Shown here piece by piece: positions 8,837-19,163 of a stretch of DNA of 64,000 bases (positions within the stretch are counted from its first letter, which is position 1; each line of letters opens with the position of its first letter). Location of the stretch: IMG/VR virus record IMGVR_UViG_3300042307_000844, one strand, 5' to 3'. The position numbers and the translations under genes are program-made. The stretch comes from a virus (taxonomy: Duplodnaviria; Caudoviricetes). The notes beneath the pieces are model-generated. The model was given only the letters and a program-made list of their open reading frames with translations, was not told where the DNA came from and searched no databases.

Positions 8837-10429
8837 ATGGCCGATAAAATTTACAGAAATAGGACGATACTAAACCAAAGGGGTGGCTCTTTGGTGATTA
8901 CAAACACAACCGATCAGGAGAGCATTCAGCTTTCCCAAAGATCGGGAAGCAATGTTCTGATGAACAATCTGGTCAATTCAGAACTTGCCACTAACAACAA
9001 GCAAACCCATGTCATCAATGATAATTTTGAGACTGTTCTGAATGATGATAATAAATTCGTAAAAGGCGTTCAGACCAATCGTGTGGGAAATACCAGATAT
9101 GATTTCAAGGGGTTCCTGAAAGACGAGGAATTTGATGCTTACCAGCAATGGAAAGACACTTTTAATTCGGTGGCATTGGTAAATTCCAAATTCAAAATCA
9201 AACGGGGAGGAGTATCCGGCCCGAATGGTGTGGATACTGATTTGGAAGGAGAACGTGCGGACAATCCGGTGATCGGTTCCAAGGTCTATGTTGTCGAGAA
9301 TAAGTTCGGGGGGTATATAAAATTACCCCGAAGATTATCATCTACAGATGAAGTTACTGATTATTCCCCCGTTCCTGACCGTGGCAAGACCAAACCAGCG
9401 GAAGAAAAAGATATAAAAGAGGAGGATATTTCCAAGAGTGCGGGAGAGCAAGGATCGAAAGCTCCCGGTGTTTTGGAATTTGGAGCAAATAAATCAGCAG
9501 CTACGGAGAACGGGGAATGGGAGCCGGAAGAGGATGCCCAAAACATTGCTGATGCTGTATTGGCAATTCAGGAAGAACTCACTCCCATTGAAGAGAAGAT
9601 GGGTGATGGGGGGGATGAACATATCATCGTCAAGAGAAACAAAATTGAAACGGTGGGAGCGATTTTCAATGATTACCCATCGGTTCGCATTGATGAAAAA
9701 GGGAGAAGTCAACCATTTGAAATGTTGGTTGGTGATACGGGTGTATATAAAAACCATGATTACATTCCCCATGTGGAAGAAATAGATAATTCTTCCAATT
9801 TCCCTTGTGGACAGGACACTAAGATTGTGGGCAATTCCTACAACCGTATCGTCGGTTCCGGTGGCATTTCCCTGAAGACCACGGGAGCCACCGAATTGGG
9901 GGGAGCCACTTTAAAAGCCGGATTCAAAAAAATAAATATTAATGCTTCCCATGGTGTCCACATTGGATCGGAGAACGCAATTGAATTGCAATCCATGAAA
10001 ACCATCGTTCTCCGCACGAACAGGCAGGTTTATATCGAATCATCCCTTGGAGTTAAAAATAACTTAATTGTGGGGGGTGGTCTTGCCGTGGAGGGTCAGA
10101 CATACCTCCAAGGCGTTACTGCCCCGCTGGAGGTGCAGCAGACGGAAAATACGCTGGTTTCCGGCAGGTTCGCCACAACCACTGATCGCAGCTTGTATAT
10201 TGGGGACTGCGAAATTGCAGGAGAGTATTATCCCGTGTATGCCAGAGCCGCCGATGACCTGATTGTGACGTATCCCCATAGCCACCACTTCAACAACCTA
10301 CCGTTGAAACTTATGGAAGCCAATGAGGACGTTCGGAAGGATGCCCACAAGAACGGTATCAATGTCCACAATTCGATTGCCCAAGCGTATCCTCAGATGC
10401 ATGAGAAGAAGAAACCGCAAAAGGGCTAA
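8837..10429 (+). CDS. Baseplate spike gp5 C-terminal beta-helix-like protein
   Basis: Follows the OB-fold ORF directly; VxG-type beta repeats; His-rich C-terminal tip (YPHSHHF). Confidence 0.6.
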   Translation: MADKIYRNRTILNQRGGSLVITNTTDQESIQLSQRSGSNVLMNNLVNSELATNNKQTHVINDNFETVLNDDNKFVKGVQTNRVGNTRYDFKGFLKDEEFDAYQQWKDTFNSVALVNSKFKIKRGGVSGPNGVDTDLEGERADNPVIGSKVYVVENKFGGYIKLPRRLSSTDEVTDYSPVPDRGKTKPAEEKDIKEEDISKSAGEQGSKAPGVLEFGANKSAATENGEWEPEEDAQNIADAVLAIQEELTPIEEKMGDGGDEHIIVKRNKIETVGAIFNDYPSVRIDEKGRSQPFEMLVGDTGVYKNHDYIPHVEEIDNSSNFPCGQDTKIVGNSYNRIVGSGGISLKTTGATELGGATLKAGFKKININASHGVHIGSENAIELQSMKTIVLRTNRQVYIESSLGVKNNLIVGGGLAVEGQTYLQGVTAPLEVQQTENTLVSGRFATTTDRSLYIGDCEIAGEYYPVYARAADDLIVTYPHSHHFNNLPLKLMEANEDVRKDAHKNGINVHNSIAQAYPQMHEKKKPQKG

Positions 10430-12078
10430 CCTTCACAGGACTTACAATTCATGATCGATCTCGCCAAATCTTGGGAAGGATTTGAACTGCGACTGTAATA
10501 TAAAGATTTAATCCCCTGTTCCCAAGCGAAGATCATAAGCTGATTAATTTCCTTTGGTTTGGTTCCCGCTGGAATCATTAGGTTTAGCGATTGTCCTTGA
10601 TCTAGATATTGACCCCGTTGAGCAGCATGAACAACGATTTCTCGTTGGGAAATTTCTGCAAACGTCTTAAACACATCTTTCTCTTCTTGGGTTAAGAAAT
10701 CTAGATGTTGAACACTCCCCCCATGCGCCAAAATATCTTTCCAAACATCCTTGGTATTTTTATCTTTAGATTTCAATAATTCAATGAGATGTGGATTTTT
10801 ATATGTGAATTTACCTTTTGCCAAATTCTTTACAAAGTAGTTGGAATTGAGAGGTTCGATGGATGGAGAGACTTGCCCCAAAATAAAACTGCTTGAAGTT
10901 GTTGGAGCCACAGCCAACGTTGTAGTATTCCGTCTTCCATATCCTTTTAGGACTTCCGGTTCCCCGAACATTTGAGCCAATTCTTCCGTTGCCTTATCAG
11001 CACGTTCACGAATCTTGGAAAAGATTTCAATATTCTCGAAATGTGCATCCATACTTTCCCAAGCGATCATCTTGGATTGGAGGTAATTGTGATAACCCAG
11101 AACTCCCATACCTAATGCCCGATGATTCTTGGCAAATCTATGAGCAGCTTCCATCAATCTAATATCTGCGGTTTTTTCGATGAATTCGCTCATCACAGCG
11201 TCAAGGAACATAATCAGCGTTTCGACAGCATCAGTATCTTTGATTTCATCCCACCAAAGCAGGTTCAACGACGATAAACAGCACACGAACGATTCTTCTC
11301 TGGTTGAAGGGAGAAAAATTTCAGTACACATGTTGGAACTATTGATTTTATAATCTTTATCTTTATAAACTTGTGGTTTCTGATTGTTTGCATTATCAGT
11401 GAAAAATACATACGGATAACCAGTTTCAGAACGTTTTTTGATAACAGCAGACCATCTACGTCTTTTTTCCTTATCACCTTCAACCATTGATTGCATCCAT
11501 TCATCAGAAACACATACACCAATTGACATTTCTTGGATGGTATTACCTTCCGATCTAATTTTGATAAATTCATCAAAGTCATCATGATCAATTGGTAAAT
11601 ATGCAGCAAAGTGTCCTCTACGTGCGCTTCCTTGACTAACGATACTTGTTACAGTATCAAATAATTCCATACAACGCGCTGCACCTTCAGCAATTCCACC
11701 ACCAGTGATTTTAGAACCGCGAGGACGAATATCCCCAAAATAACCAGAACATCCCCCACCAACTTTCGTCATCATCCCCACTTCTGCTTGTTTGAAGAGG
11801 AAATCTTCAATACTATCAGAAACGTGTGAATTGAAACATGAAATACCCAATCCACGTTTATTCCCAAAATTCATCCAAACGGGAGTTGCCAAACTATAAT
11901 AACCCTTGGACATATAATCCTCGAATTTATCGGAAAATCCATCAACACCCAAGATTTTTTCGGCGGCATCAGCAATCTCTTTAATTCTCTCCAAAGGAGT
12001 CTGCCCCTCTTTCAAATATCCCTTCTCCAAAAATTTAACGGAGTCTTCGTTCAACCAATAGTATTTTTCTCTTGTCAT
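10426..12078 (-). CDS. nrdA: Class I ribonucleotide reductase large subunit, short form without ATP cone
   Basis: SSNMCTEI (NxCxE), VCCLSSLNL, LAVAPTTSSS, KSLYY, C-terminal CKSCEG; 550 aa. Confidence 0.95.
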   Translation of the reverse strand: MTREKYYWLNEDSVKFLEKGYLKEGQTPLERIKEIADAAEKILGVDGFSDKFEDYMSKGYYSLATPVWMNFGNKRGLGISCFNSHVSDSIEDFLFKQAEVGMMTKVGGGCSGYFGDIRPRGSKITGGGIAEGAARCMELFDTVTSIVSQGSARRGHFAAYLPIDHDDFDEFIKIRSEGNTIQEMSIGVCVSDEWMQSMVEGDKEKRRRWSAVIKKRSETGYPYVFFTDNANNQKPQVYKDKDYKINSSNMCTEIFLPSTREESFVCCLSSLNLLWWDEIKDTDAVETLIMFLDAVMSEFIEKTADIRLMEAAHRFAKNHRALGMGVLGYHNYLQSKMIAWESMDAHFENIEIFSKIRERADKATEELAQMFGEPEVLKGYGRRNTTTLAVAPTTSSSFILGQVSPSIEPLNSNYFVKNLAKGKFTYKNPHLIELLKSKDKNTKDVWKDILAHGGSVQHLDFLTQEEKDVFKTFAEISQREIVVHAAQRGQYLDQGQSLNLMIPAGTKPKEINQLMIFAWEQGIKSLYYSRSSNPSQDLARSIMNCKSCEG

Positions 12079-12081
12079 ATA

Positions 12082-13056
12082 TTAAAATAGTTCATCTTCC
12101 TCATAACACTGCCCCTTTTTAGAATATTCCACACTTTTTGAATGGAAAAAATCTGTCATATTGGAACCCATCAATTCTTCTTCAAACCATGATGTTTCAT
12201 CCAATAATACTTCATCAATATCAAAAACTTTTTTAAATCCAATCTGAACCAGAGATTCGTTGATCCTGTTTTTGATGAATTCCTTGAGAATTGGAGCAGT
12301 CAGTCCCTTTTCATCAATACCATTCACCATCCAGTCGATGATCTTCGATTCCGATATGAAAGCTTGTTCTGCTTCCTGTAAAATCTTGGTTTCCAATTCC
12401 TCATCAAAAAGCTCCGGTAGTTCCTCCCTAATGGTATTGATAATCTTAACACCTACCAACGCATGAATCATTTCTTCATTGCGGGTGTATCGAACCTGTT
12501 GATCAGTGTCTTTCAGGACACTCTTGTTCCGTCCGAACCAATTGATCACATAGAATTGAGAAAACAAGGATACGTTTTCCACAAACAATGTGAAAAGAAT
12601 CAGGGCATAAAGATATTGTTTCTTGGAATCCTTATAGAAACGATGGGTATATTTTTTGAGATATTTCACTCTTCCCTGAATCCATTCCAATTTAAGGTTC
12701 TCTTCAAAAACATCCTCCATATCCAATACGGACAGGAGACGTTCGTATGCATTATTGTGGATCACCTCAACATTTGCCATCACAAATCCTAGATCAGACA
12801 AGGATGGGTGGGGGAGGTTGTCCCCAAGCTTTGCCCAAAATGTCTTTACCGCAACCTCAATCTGTCCAATGGCAGACAAGGTTCTCACAATGATTTCCCG
12901 TTCCTGATCCGTGAGTTGTGTCTTGAATTGATGAAGATCGCTTTTGAAAGAGAATTCCTTGTCAGTCCAAAAACCATTGTGCATTGCTTCAATGAATTTT
13001 TCTGTCCACGGGTATTTGTTTGGTTTCCTGCTTATCTGTTCGTCAAAAATGCTCAT
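12082..13056 (-). CDS. nrdB: Class I ribonucleotide reductase small subunit
   Basis: FWTDKEF, EVIHNNAY, ENVSLFSQF, RNEEMIH, DFF near the C-terminus. Confidence 0.95.
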   Translation of the reverse strand: MSIFDEQISRKPNKYPWTEKFIEAMHNGFWTDKEFSFKSDLHQFKTQLTDQEREIIVRTLSAIGQIEVAVKTFWAKLGDNLPHPSLSDLGFVMANVEVIHNNAYERLLSVLDMEDVFEENLKLEWIQGRVKYLKKYTHRFYKDSKKQYLYALILFTLFVENVSLFSQFYVINWFGRNKSVLKDTDQQVRYTRNEEMIHALVGVKIINTIREELPELFDEELETKILQEAEQAFISESKIIDWMVNGIDEKGLTAPILKEFIKNRINESLVQIGFKKVFDIDEVLLDETSWFEEELMGSNMTDFFHSKSVEYSKKGQCYEEDELF

Positions 13057-13155
13057 ATCGCCTGATTATTTATTCCCCACTTTCGTTGTTTCTCTTTCTT
13101 GATTTTGGTTGTTCGCCACGCTAAATACTGGCATAGCTTTTCCAAAAATCAAGCC

Positions 13156-13797
13156 TTAAACGATCTCATCAACGATTCCGTATTGGAGGCATTCCTCTGC
13201 ATTGAGCCAGATGTCCCGCTTCAAAAGTTCATCCAATTTCTTCATGGGAAGCTTGGTATTCTTTTTATAGAAATCTTTCAAAAGTTTCATCAGATTGGTG
13301 CAATTGAAAATCTCATCCTCCATCTCTGAGAACTTACCATACACACCGGAACTCAATTGGTGGATCAAAAGATGAGCATGTTGTCCCATGTATCTCTTGC
13401 TACCAATGGCGGAAACCAAGGTTCCTGCACTTGCCACACTACCATCAATGTGGGTATGGACTTTGGATTTCAGTCTGCGGATGGTATCCACGGTGGAGAA
13501 TGCTGCAAAGATACTACCACCAAAGGTATTCAGGTGAAGATGGATGGTGGATTCATACGCACCGTCTAAAGCAAGTTCCATGCTTTGAAGCTTCAAATCT
13601 GTTTCTAAAAGAACCCTATTCAATTCTAACATCGCCCCCTCATTAACATCAGCATAAAATAAAATTTTATTATTGATGACTCTAATACCTTGAGGATATT
13701 GAGTTTCTTCATTATCAGAAGAATTTATGATAATCTGGGGCATTTGGAATGCATTCATGTTCTCCTTCTCCTCTTCGTTTCGGTAACGCCACTTCAT
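13156..13797 (-). CDS. clpP: ClpP-like protease
   Basis: IHLHLNTFGGSI, DGSVASAG, LLIHQLS, RDIWLNAEECLQYGIVDEI. Confidence 0.85.
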   Translation of the reverse strand: MKWRYRNEEEKENMNAFQMPQIIINSSDNEETQYPQGIRVINNKILFYADVNEGAMLELNRVLLETDLKLQSMELALDGAYESTIHLHLNTFGGSIFAAFSTVDTIRRLKSKVHTHIDGSVASAGTLVSAIGSKRYMGQHAHLLIHQLSSGVYGKFSEMEDEIFNCTNLMKLLKDFYKKNTKLPMKKLDELLKRDIWLNAEECLQYGIVDEIV

Positions 13798-13844
13798 GTA
13801 TAATACTTAACACAGAAATCGGGGTTCGCAATCTAAATACTAAT

Positions 13845-14150
13845 GTGGATCAAGAATTAAAAAACATCTATTCCGATATTATTTTGGAATACCAATCGGG
13901 TTTCAATCCTCCCCAAAGGGTTCCCAAGCAAGCGGTTCCCGATGAAGCTGGGGGTAAATTATCATATGGTAAGATTAAAATGGGAATGGTCAACACTCCA
14001 GTAACTACCAATGTCTATGGGGAACAGGAGGAGGAAGCTGAAGGTATTTTAAAAATTATTCAGGATGTGGAATCGGAATATCGGGGGGATTCTCCCATAA
14101 ATAATGCCGTGAGATTGGCATTCGGCAAATTAAAGGAAAAATTGGCATGA
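13845..14150 (+). CDS. Late hypothetical protein
   Basis: TAAATA followed by GTG at 13845 (MDQELKNIYSDIILE...). Confidence 0.6.
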   Translation: MDQELKNIYSDIILEYQSGFNPPQRVPKQAVPDEAGGKLSYGKIKMGMVNTPVTTNVYGEQEEEAEGILKIIQDVESEYRGDSPINNAVRLAFGKLKEKLA

Positions 14151-14398
14151 ACAAGGATCAGGAAATATTGGAAGAGATGGTGAGGGAAATTATCGAGGAA
14201 ATTGCCAAACATGGTAAGACCCGCAAGTTATATGAGCTTTTGGATGATGCCGTGAAAAAAGGATTTGTGAAATACGTCGAGAAAAATGGGAAGATTATGG
14301 TGAAGTCCCTGAAAGATGATCGCCAATATCTAGCTCATCTTGGGGAAGTTGCAGTTGATCCCGTTTTTCGTTTTCTGAAAAAGCTTGGATATAATTGA
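14147..14398 (+). CDS. Hypothetical protein, weakly HicA-like
   Basis: Coupled to the upstream ORF; the helix-3 strand-helix pattern suggests a dsRBD-like fold (inference). Confidence 0.5.
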   Translation: MNKDQEILEEMVREIIEEIAKHGKTRKLYELLDDAVKKGFVKYVEKNGKIMVKSLKDDRQYLAHLGEVAVDPVFRFLKKLGYN

Positions 14399-14399
14399 T

Positions 14400-15068
14400 T
14401 TATTGAAGATTTTTATTGTTTATGGAGATTTTTTTATCTTCTTTAGATTTTAGAAGATTTTCTATACCCCATAACGGGCGAAGATTTACATAATTAAAAC
14501 ATTTGAATTGTTCTTCAGGGATGGATAAATCAAAAGAACAACAAGGAATAATGTGATCAATATGCCACTCACCATAATTATCCCATGACATATTTTCTTG
14601 AAATTGATTTTGAAGATGCAGCTTAAAAAAATCTACATCACAACCAAGTAATTCTATTGTCGATTTCGACTTACATTTCCCATGTAAAGCTCTTCTAATT
14701 CTTATTCTTAAACGTTCAGATAAAACATGGTTTATATTATGTTTTCCTCTGCTGTGATACCATTTATTGATATTTCTCCTCTGAGAACCAGATTCTTTTC
14801 GCTGTTTATATACAGCATCCCAATTATTTTTCCGCCACTCTTGATTTCTTTCATATACCTTTTTTCTATTTTTTTCAGTATATCTTCTTTGGCTTTCTAA
14901 GTCTTTTTGTTTATATTCTGGATTGTTTCGATAAAAGGTTTTCGATTCCTTATCATATTTTCTTTTAATTTCCAATTGTTCGGGAGTCATGTCTTTTCGT
15001 GGTAGATTCCACCATAATGATACTCCTTCTGGGAATTTTGGTCGTTGTATTTCGATATCATCTTGCAT
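14400..15068 (-). CDS. HNH endonuclease
   Basis: WHIDHIIPCCSF...CFNYVNLRPLWGIENLLKS; the start at 15068 follows TAAATA. Confidence 0.85.
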   Translation of the reverse strand: MQDDIEIQRPKFPEGVSLWWNLPRKDMTPEQLEIKRKYDKESKTFYRNNPEYKQKDLESQRRYTEKNRKKVYERNQEWRKNNWDAVYKQRKESGSQRRNINKWYHSRGKHNINHVLSERLRIRIRRALHGKCKSKSTIELLGCDVDFFKLHLQNQFQENMSWDNYGEWHIDHIIPCCSFDLSIPEEQFKCFNYVNLRPLWGIENLLKSKEDKKISINNKNLQ

Positions 15069-15104
15069 AATCATATTTAACATGATTATGACAATATGCA
15101 ACAA

Positions 15105-15683
15105 CTACCGATTCACTGCTTCGTGGTGCATTGCATCGTATCCCCAAAAAGCACCAGCGGCAATCCACCCCTCACGGGCAAAGCATTCCATAATCTCCAA
15201 TGGCATATCTGATTTCATTGGCCAGCTATCGCGGAAAGTATTATCATCGGCATCCAAATCAATGGCAGCACCATAGGCATGTAGAGAATAAGAAGAACCT
15301 CCACGCTTCAAGCGGAAATTGAAAACGCCCCCATAATCTTCAGCTTCATCTTTAATATCTGGATATTTTGGAATTATATCCTTAATGTTGTTCAATACCC
15401 TCAAAAGAGAATCCACACATTTCTTATTAACACGGGTTTTAGTAACCAATTTACCACCATAATACATTGGGTATGGAAAGTTGATCATTACGAGATTTGA
15501 TTCGTCTCCGGGTTTTCCGTAAAATTTAGTTAAGGATGCTTGATCACTTTTTGGCCATGGGTTGTTCTTAGGCATCAGAGAGCGTAGATATGTTTTACAT
15601 GCGGCTTGTGATTTCGGACCCCAAAATCCATCAACAGTTGTTCCGATTTTTTTCTGCATTTTTTTAATTTCATCGCTATTCAT
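15105..15683 (-). CDS. Endolysin: peptidoglycan-binding domain plus M15 (L-Ala-D-Glu-type) peptidase
   Basis: QKKIGTTVDGFWGPKS, then YGGVFNFR...SLHAYGAAIDLD...DAMHHE. Confidence 0.85.
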   Translation of the reverse strand: MNSDEIKKMQKKIGTTVDGFWGPKSQAACKTYLRSLMPKNNPWPKSDQASLTKFYGKPGDESNLVMINFPYPMYYGGKLVTKTRVNKKCVDSLLRVLNNIKDIIPKYPDIKDEAEDYGGVFNFRLKRGGSSYSLHAYGAAIDLDADDNTFRDSWPMKSDMPLEIMECFAREGWIAAGAFWGYDAMHHEAVNR

Positions 15684-15691
15684 AAAAATAC

Positions 15692-16099
15692 TTAGTCCAA
15701 TCCATATTTTTCAAATCTCTTTTTCCAGATAAAATAAGAACCCGCAACAACAGCAGAATAAATCGTCCATCTCATGGGAAGAGATACCCCAGCCTCTTTC
15801 ATCAATTCTAAAAACATCCAGTTGGATTCCTTCCAAGTGAATTTGTCGTTGAATGGAGAGAAGCACCAATCATGAATCAGAGCCGCTGGAAAAGCTCCTC
15901 CAAATGGCCCGACAATTGGCCAAGCGAATTTCGGGGAACTGATCCCATCAGTGATGAATCCTTTCTTTACGGTGATGAGATGATTCTTATAAAAACAGCG
16001 AAAATTCTCCCCCAACTCAAATTTTCGGGTTCCTTTATGGATACCCAAATCTTTCAGATATATCGTATCAGGAAAGGTGTTTTTATTAACGGTGGTCAT
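15692..16099 (-). CDS. DUF1353-family protein
   Basis: GFITDGISSP...AALIHDWCF...SNWMFLELM. Confidence 0.75.
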   Translation of the reverse strand: MTTVNKNTFPDTIYLKDLGIHKGTRKFELGENFRCFYKNHLITVKKGFITDGISSPKFAWPIVGPFGGAFPAALIHDWCFSPFNDKFTWKESNWMFLELMKEAGVSLPMRWTIYSAVVAGSYFIWKKRFEKYGLD

Positions 16100-16112
16100 A
16101 ATAATATTTAGC

Positions 16113-16140
16113 TTGACATTGGGAAATATTTTATTATAGT
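16113..16140 (+). promoter_or_regulatory. Sigma70-type promoter for thyX (TTGACA-N16-TATAGT), leaderless start
   Basis: Seen directly; ATG at 16148 is 7 nt after the -10 box. Confidence 0.7.
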
Positions 16141-16147
16141 GATGGAA

Positions 16148-16783
16148 ATGAAAGCAGAACTAATGAATTATTTTGGAGACGATTTAATGATCGTCAATGC
16201 GGCTAGAGTTTCTTTTGGGAAAAATAAAAATATTTTGGATGAGAAAGATGAAAAGCTGATCAAGTATTTAGTGGAGCATAAACACACAGCACCTTTTCGA
16301 CATCCCCAATTACAATTCAGAATTGAATGTCCTATCTTTGTGGAACGACAGCTTTTCAAACATCAGGTAGGATTATCAGCCAACAGTATTAGTGGTAGAT
16401 ATGTGGATTTCTCCGATAATTATTATCATGTTGAGGAGCTTAGACAACAATCGTCTTCGTCCAAACAAGGGAGTGATGGGTTGTTGAATAGACCGGATTT
16501 GATTAGCCAAATGGATCATCATATTACATTGGGTAAGAAATTGTATAAGGAATTGTGTGATGCTGGTGTTGCCAAAGAACAAGCTAGAGTTATCCTGCCG
16601 CTTTGTTTGGAGACGCAATTTATCTGGACTGGATCGTTGTTGGCATTCATTCATATGTGGAAATTGCGGTTGAAAAGTGACACCCAACAAGAAACAAGAG
16701 AAATTGCCCAACAGATGTTTGATCTTGTTAAAAACATCGAGGGGAACCCGTTTGAACACACTTTAAACGCTTGGGGATATTAA
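16148..16783 (+). CDS. thyX: FAD-dependent thymidylate synthase
   Basis: IVNAARVSF, HTAPF, PIFVERQLFKHQVGLSANSISGRY, LRLKSDTQQETR. Confidence 0.95.
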   Translation: MKAELMNYFGDDLMIVNAARVSFGKNKNILDEKDEKLIKYLVEHKHTAPFRHPQLQFRIECPIFVERQLFKHQVGLSANSISGRYVDFSDNYYHVEELRQQSSSSKQGSDGLLNRPDLISQMDHHITLGKKLYKELCDAGVAKEQARVILPLCLETQFIWTGSLLAFIHMWKLRLKSDTQQETREIAQQMFDLVKNIEGNPFEHTLNAWGY

Positions 16784-16784
16784 T

Positions 16785-17162
16785 ATGATTACAATATTAG
16801 CAGGATCAAGAGAGGGTGTCCATTACGATGATATCCTAAAAGCCATGGAAACCTGCCCATGGTCGCCCACAGAAGTCGTGTCAGGCAAAGCCCGTGGGGT
16901 TGATACTATGGGAGAACAGTGGGCAATGGAAAATAATATTCCAATTAAAGAATTTCCTGCCGATTGGAAAAATCTAGGGAGGTCTGCTGGATATCGTAGA
17001 AATGAACAAATGGGAGATTATGCCGATGCTCTCATAGCTGTGTGGGATGGCTCAAGTAGAGGAACTGCACACATGATCAAATATGCCAAAGAAAAAGGTT
17101 TGAAAGTGTTTGTCCATGATTTAAGTAAAATCAATGAATACAAATTTCAAGATTGGATATAA
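16785..17162 (+). CDS. SLOG/YspA-like (DUF2493-type) protein
   Basis: AGSR, VVSGKARGVD, FPADW, AGYRRNEQM, AVWDGSSRGT. Confidence 0.8.
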   Translation: MITILAGSREGVHYDDILKAMETCPWSPTEVVSGKARGVDTMGEQWAMENNIPIKEFPADWKNLGRSAGYRRNEQMGDYADALIAVWDGSSRGTAHMIKYAKEKGLKVFVHDLSKINEYKFQDWI

Positions 17163-17326
17163 AGTTCAAGACCCGAAATGGGGGATGTGTGAGATTGGAA
17201 GTGAGGGTTCTATGATTGAAAGTGGGGAGATTGCTTATGTGGCAATTCCTCTTGAAGAAAGATATAAAGGTTGGGGTAAATTTTGTTTACTTGAAAAAGA
17301 TTTGGAACTCATTAAATAATTTCGTT

Positions 17327-17524
17327 ATGATTAAAATTCTAAAAAATAATAGTGTTCAATTGTGCTGCAAAGGAAAAAGTTGCCCTATCGTTACTGAACT
17401 TGCTGATGGAATGGTGGAGATTGTGGATGATAACGGCAATCGTATCGTAGTCCGCAAGGAAGAAGCCCTCTTGATTTCCGATGGGGTGAAAACGATTGAT
17501 AGTCAGAAATTGATCCTTGGATGA
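17327..17524 (+). CDS. Small Cys-containing hypothetical protein
   Basis: LCCKGKSCP; coupled to the next ORF. Confidence 0.6.
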   Translation: MIKILKNNSVQLCCKGKSCPIVTELADGMVEIVDDNGNRIVVRKEEALLISDGVKTIDSQKLILG

Positions 17525-17829
17525 GCCTTTGGTTTCAATCATTTGTTTTAATTGGCTGTTGTTTGATCCTGAAATACGGATCAATCCTTGAGCCTATTCG
17601 TGTCTTTCTCAGACAATGGGAATTCTTTGAAAAGCTTCTCAAGTGCTGTATGTGTATGGGCTTTTGGGTGGGAGTATTCTTTGGAATATTCTGGTCTGCC
17701 CACATTTGGGAGATTCCGCTTTGGGGATTCTACGCATCTGTAATCTGCTGGTTTGCAGACTATCTGACGATGGTGCTTGACAAATATCTGGATGATGGTA
17801 AAGTGGAGGATGAAGAAATTACCAAATAA
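17521..17829 (+). CDS. Membrane protein, DUF1360-like
   Basis: Hydrophobic segments with LLKCCMCMGFWVG. Confidence 0.6.
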   Translation: MSLWFQSFVLIGCCLILKYGSILEPIRVFLRQWEFFEKLLKCCMCMGFWVGVFFGIFWSAHIWEIPLWGFYASVICWFADYLTMVLDKYLDDGKVEDEEITK

Positions 17830-18398
17830 TTTTCATCAGAAAACGATTGAAGAAAAATCACAGTATTTTCATTCTTTATCTGACAAAGATGTGTATGATT
17901 TATCACCATCTATGTCTTTTATATTTTATAAAACCAATAACATCGAGGGATGTTTATATGATGGATGGTATTATGATAAGGTTGTAATTAATAAAAATGC
18001 CTCAACATATCAACAAAAATTAATTTGTAAGGTAGTGGAAAAATATTATGGGTTTTTGAAATGGGATGACATATTGGGATCGCAAAAAATAGTTAATCAC
18101 ATTAAAACATTATGAATAAAAAACATCCACATTATAAGGCAACTGTTGTGAGATACAGAGGGATCGGTGGCGGATTTAAAATTAAATGCAAAGACGGATC
18201 ATTGTCTGATGAAACATACGGAACTAGGAAAGGTGCGGAGAAAATGATCAACGGAACATTTGGAAGTGCTGGAGGTATTAGATGAAAACAAAGGAAGAGC
18301 TTTTAGAGGAATGGAAAGATGATGATAATGTGGAAGGTGAATGAGTGTAAGAATGCTGGATTAAAAACTAGATTATTATAAAGTGATTAAATAATCAA

Positions 18399-19163
18399 AT
18401 GGAAAGCTTCAAGACATTTTACGAAAAATTTGTAAACGGGGAACTCCCCCCAACCAACCGTAGGCGTAGGATGCTTCTGGAGGCGCAATACACTTACCCA
18501 TCCACCGGAGATAAGGCGATAATGGATTTATATGCCTTATATGCCCTGTGGTGGGAGCTTGGAGGGGGTAAGGCTTCTTATGGCTACGAAGACACCAACG
18601 TTCGCAATTATAAGGTCAGGGAAAAGGTTGACCGCTATTTTGAGGAAGCTCTGGTGGTTATTTCCAATACCCTTTTGGAAGAATCCAAGGAAGCCATTGC
18701 AGATGAAGCTGAAAATATCTTCGACGAATACCTAATCCCCTCTCAAGTGGTGGTGGATTGGTTTAAGGAAAATGATATGATGCCAAAATTGGCAAAAGCT
18801 TATAATGGCGGTAAAGGGGGAATTTGGTTCTCCGTGTTTGATTATGGGGATACCCTTGATATATTATCCGCGCCATTTTGGGAACAATATGCAAATCTTT
18901 ATGGTGGGGATAAATGGGTGACTATTACGGAAACCACCCGCCAACTGGATAATGCTATTCGTAGGGAGAAGGTTCAAAATCTTATGAACGCCTTTGTCAA
19001 ATTCATGGACTTGGAACACAATACTGGAAGTCTTTATTCCAAACTTAAAAGAATGAAAGTATCCAAGGAAACACTTGATCTTCGGGCGGGGTTCCGTTCA
19101 GCGGAGGATTTTAAACCGCATGTCAGTCCCCAAGTGGCGAAGCTGATTGGGCTTGTGAGATAA
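18399..19163 (+). CDS. Late hypothetical protein (possible internal virion protein)
   Basis: TAAATA 18388-18393 lies 5 nt before the ATG; an AAAAACTA early box is also present at 18363-18370. Confidence 0.7.
   Translation: MESFKTFYEKFVNGELPPTNRRRRMLLEAQYTYPSTGDKAIMDLYALYALWWELGGGKASYGYEDTNVRNYKVREKVDRYFEEALVVISNTLLEESKEAIADEAENIFDEYLIPSQVVVDWFKENDMMPKLAKAYNGGKGGIWFSVFDYGDTLDILSAPFWEQYANLYGGDKWVTITETTRQLDNAIRREKVQNLMNAFVKFMDLEHNTGSLYSKLKRMKVSKETLDLRAGFRSAEDFKPHVSPQVAKLIGLVR

Noticed and set aside
10426-13056. Introns or inteins in nrdA/nrdB (also thyX and the portal gene)
   Set aside because: The ORFs are uninterrupted and of normal or short length.
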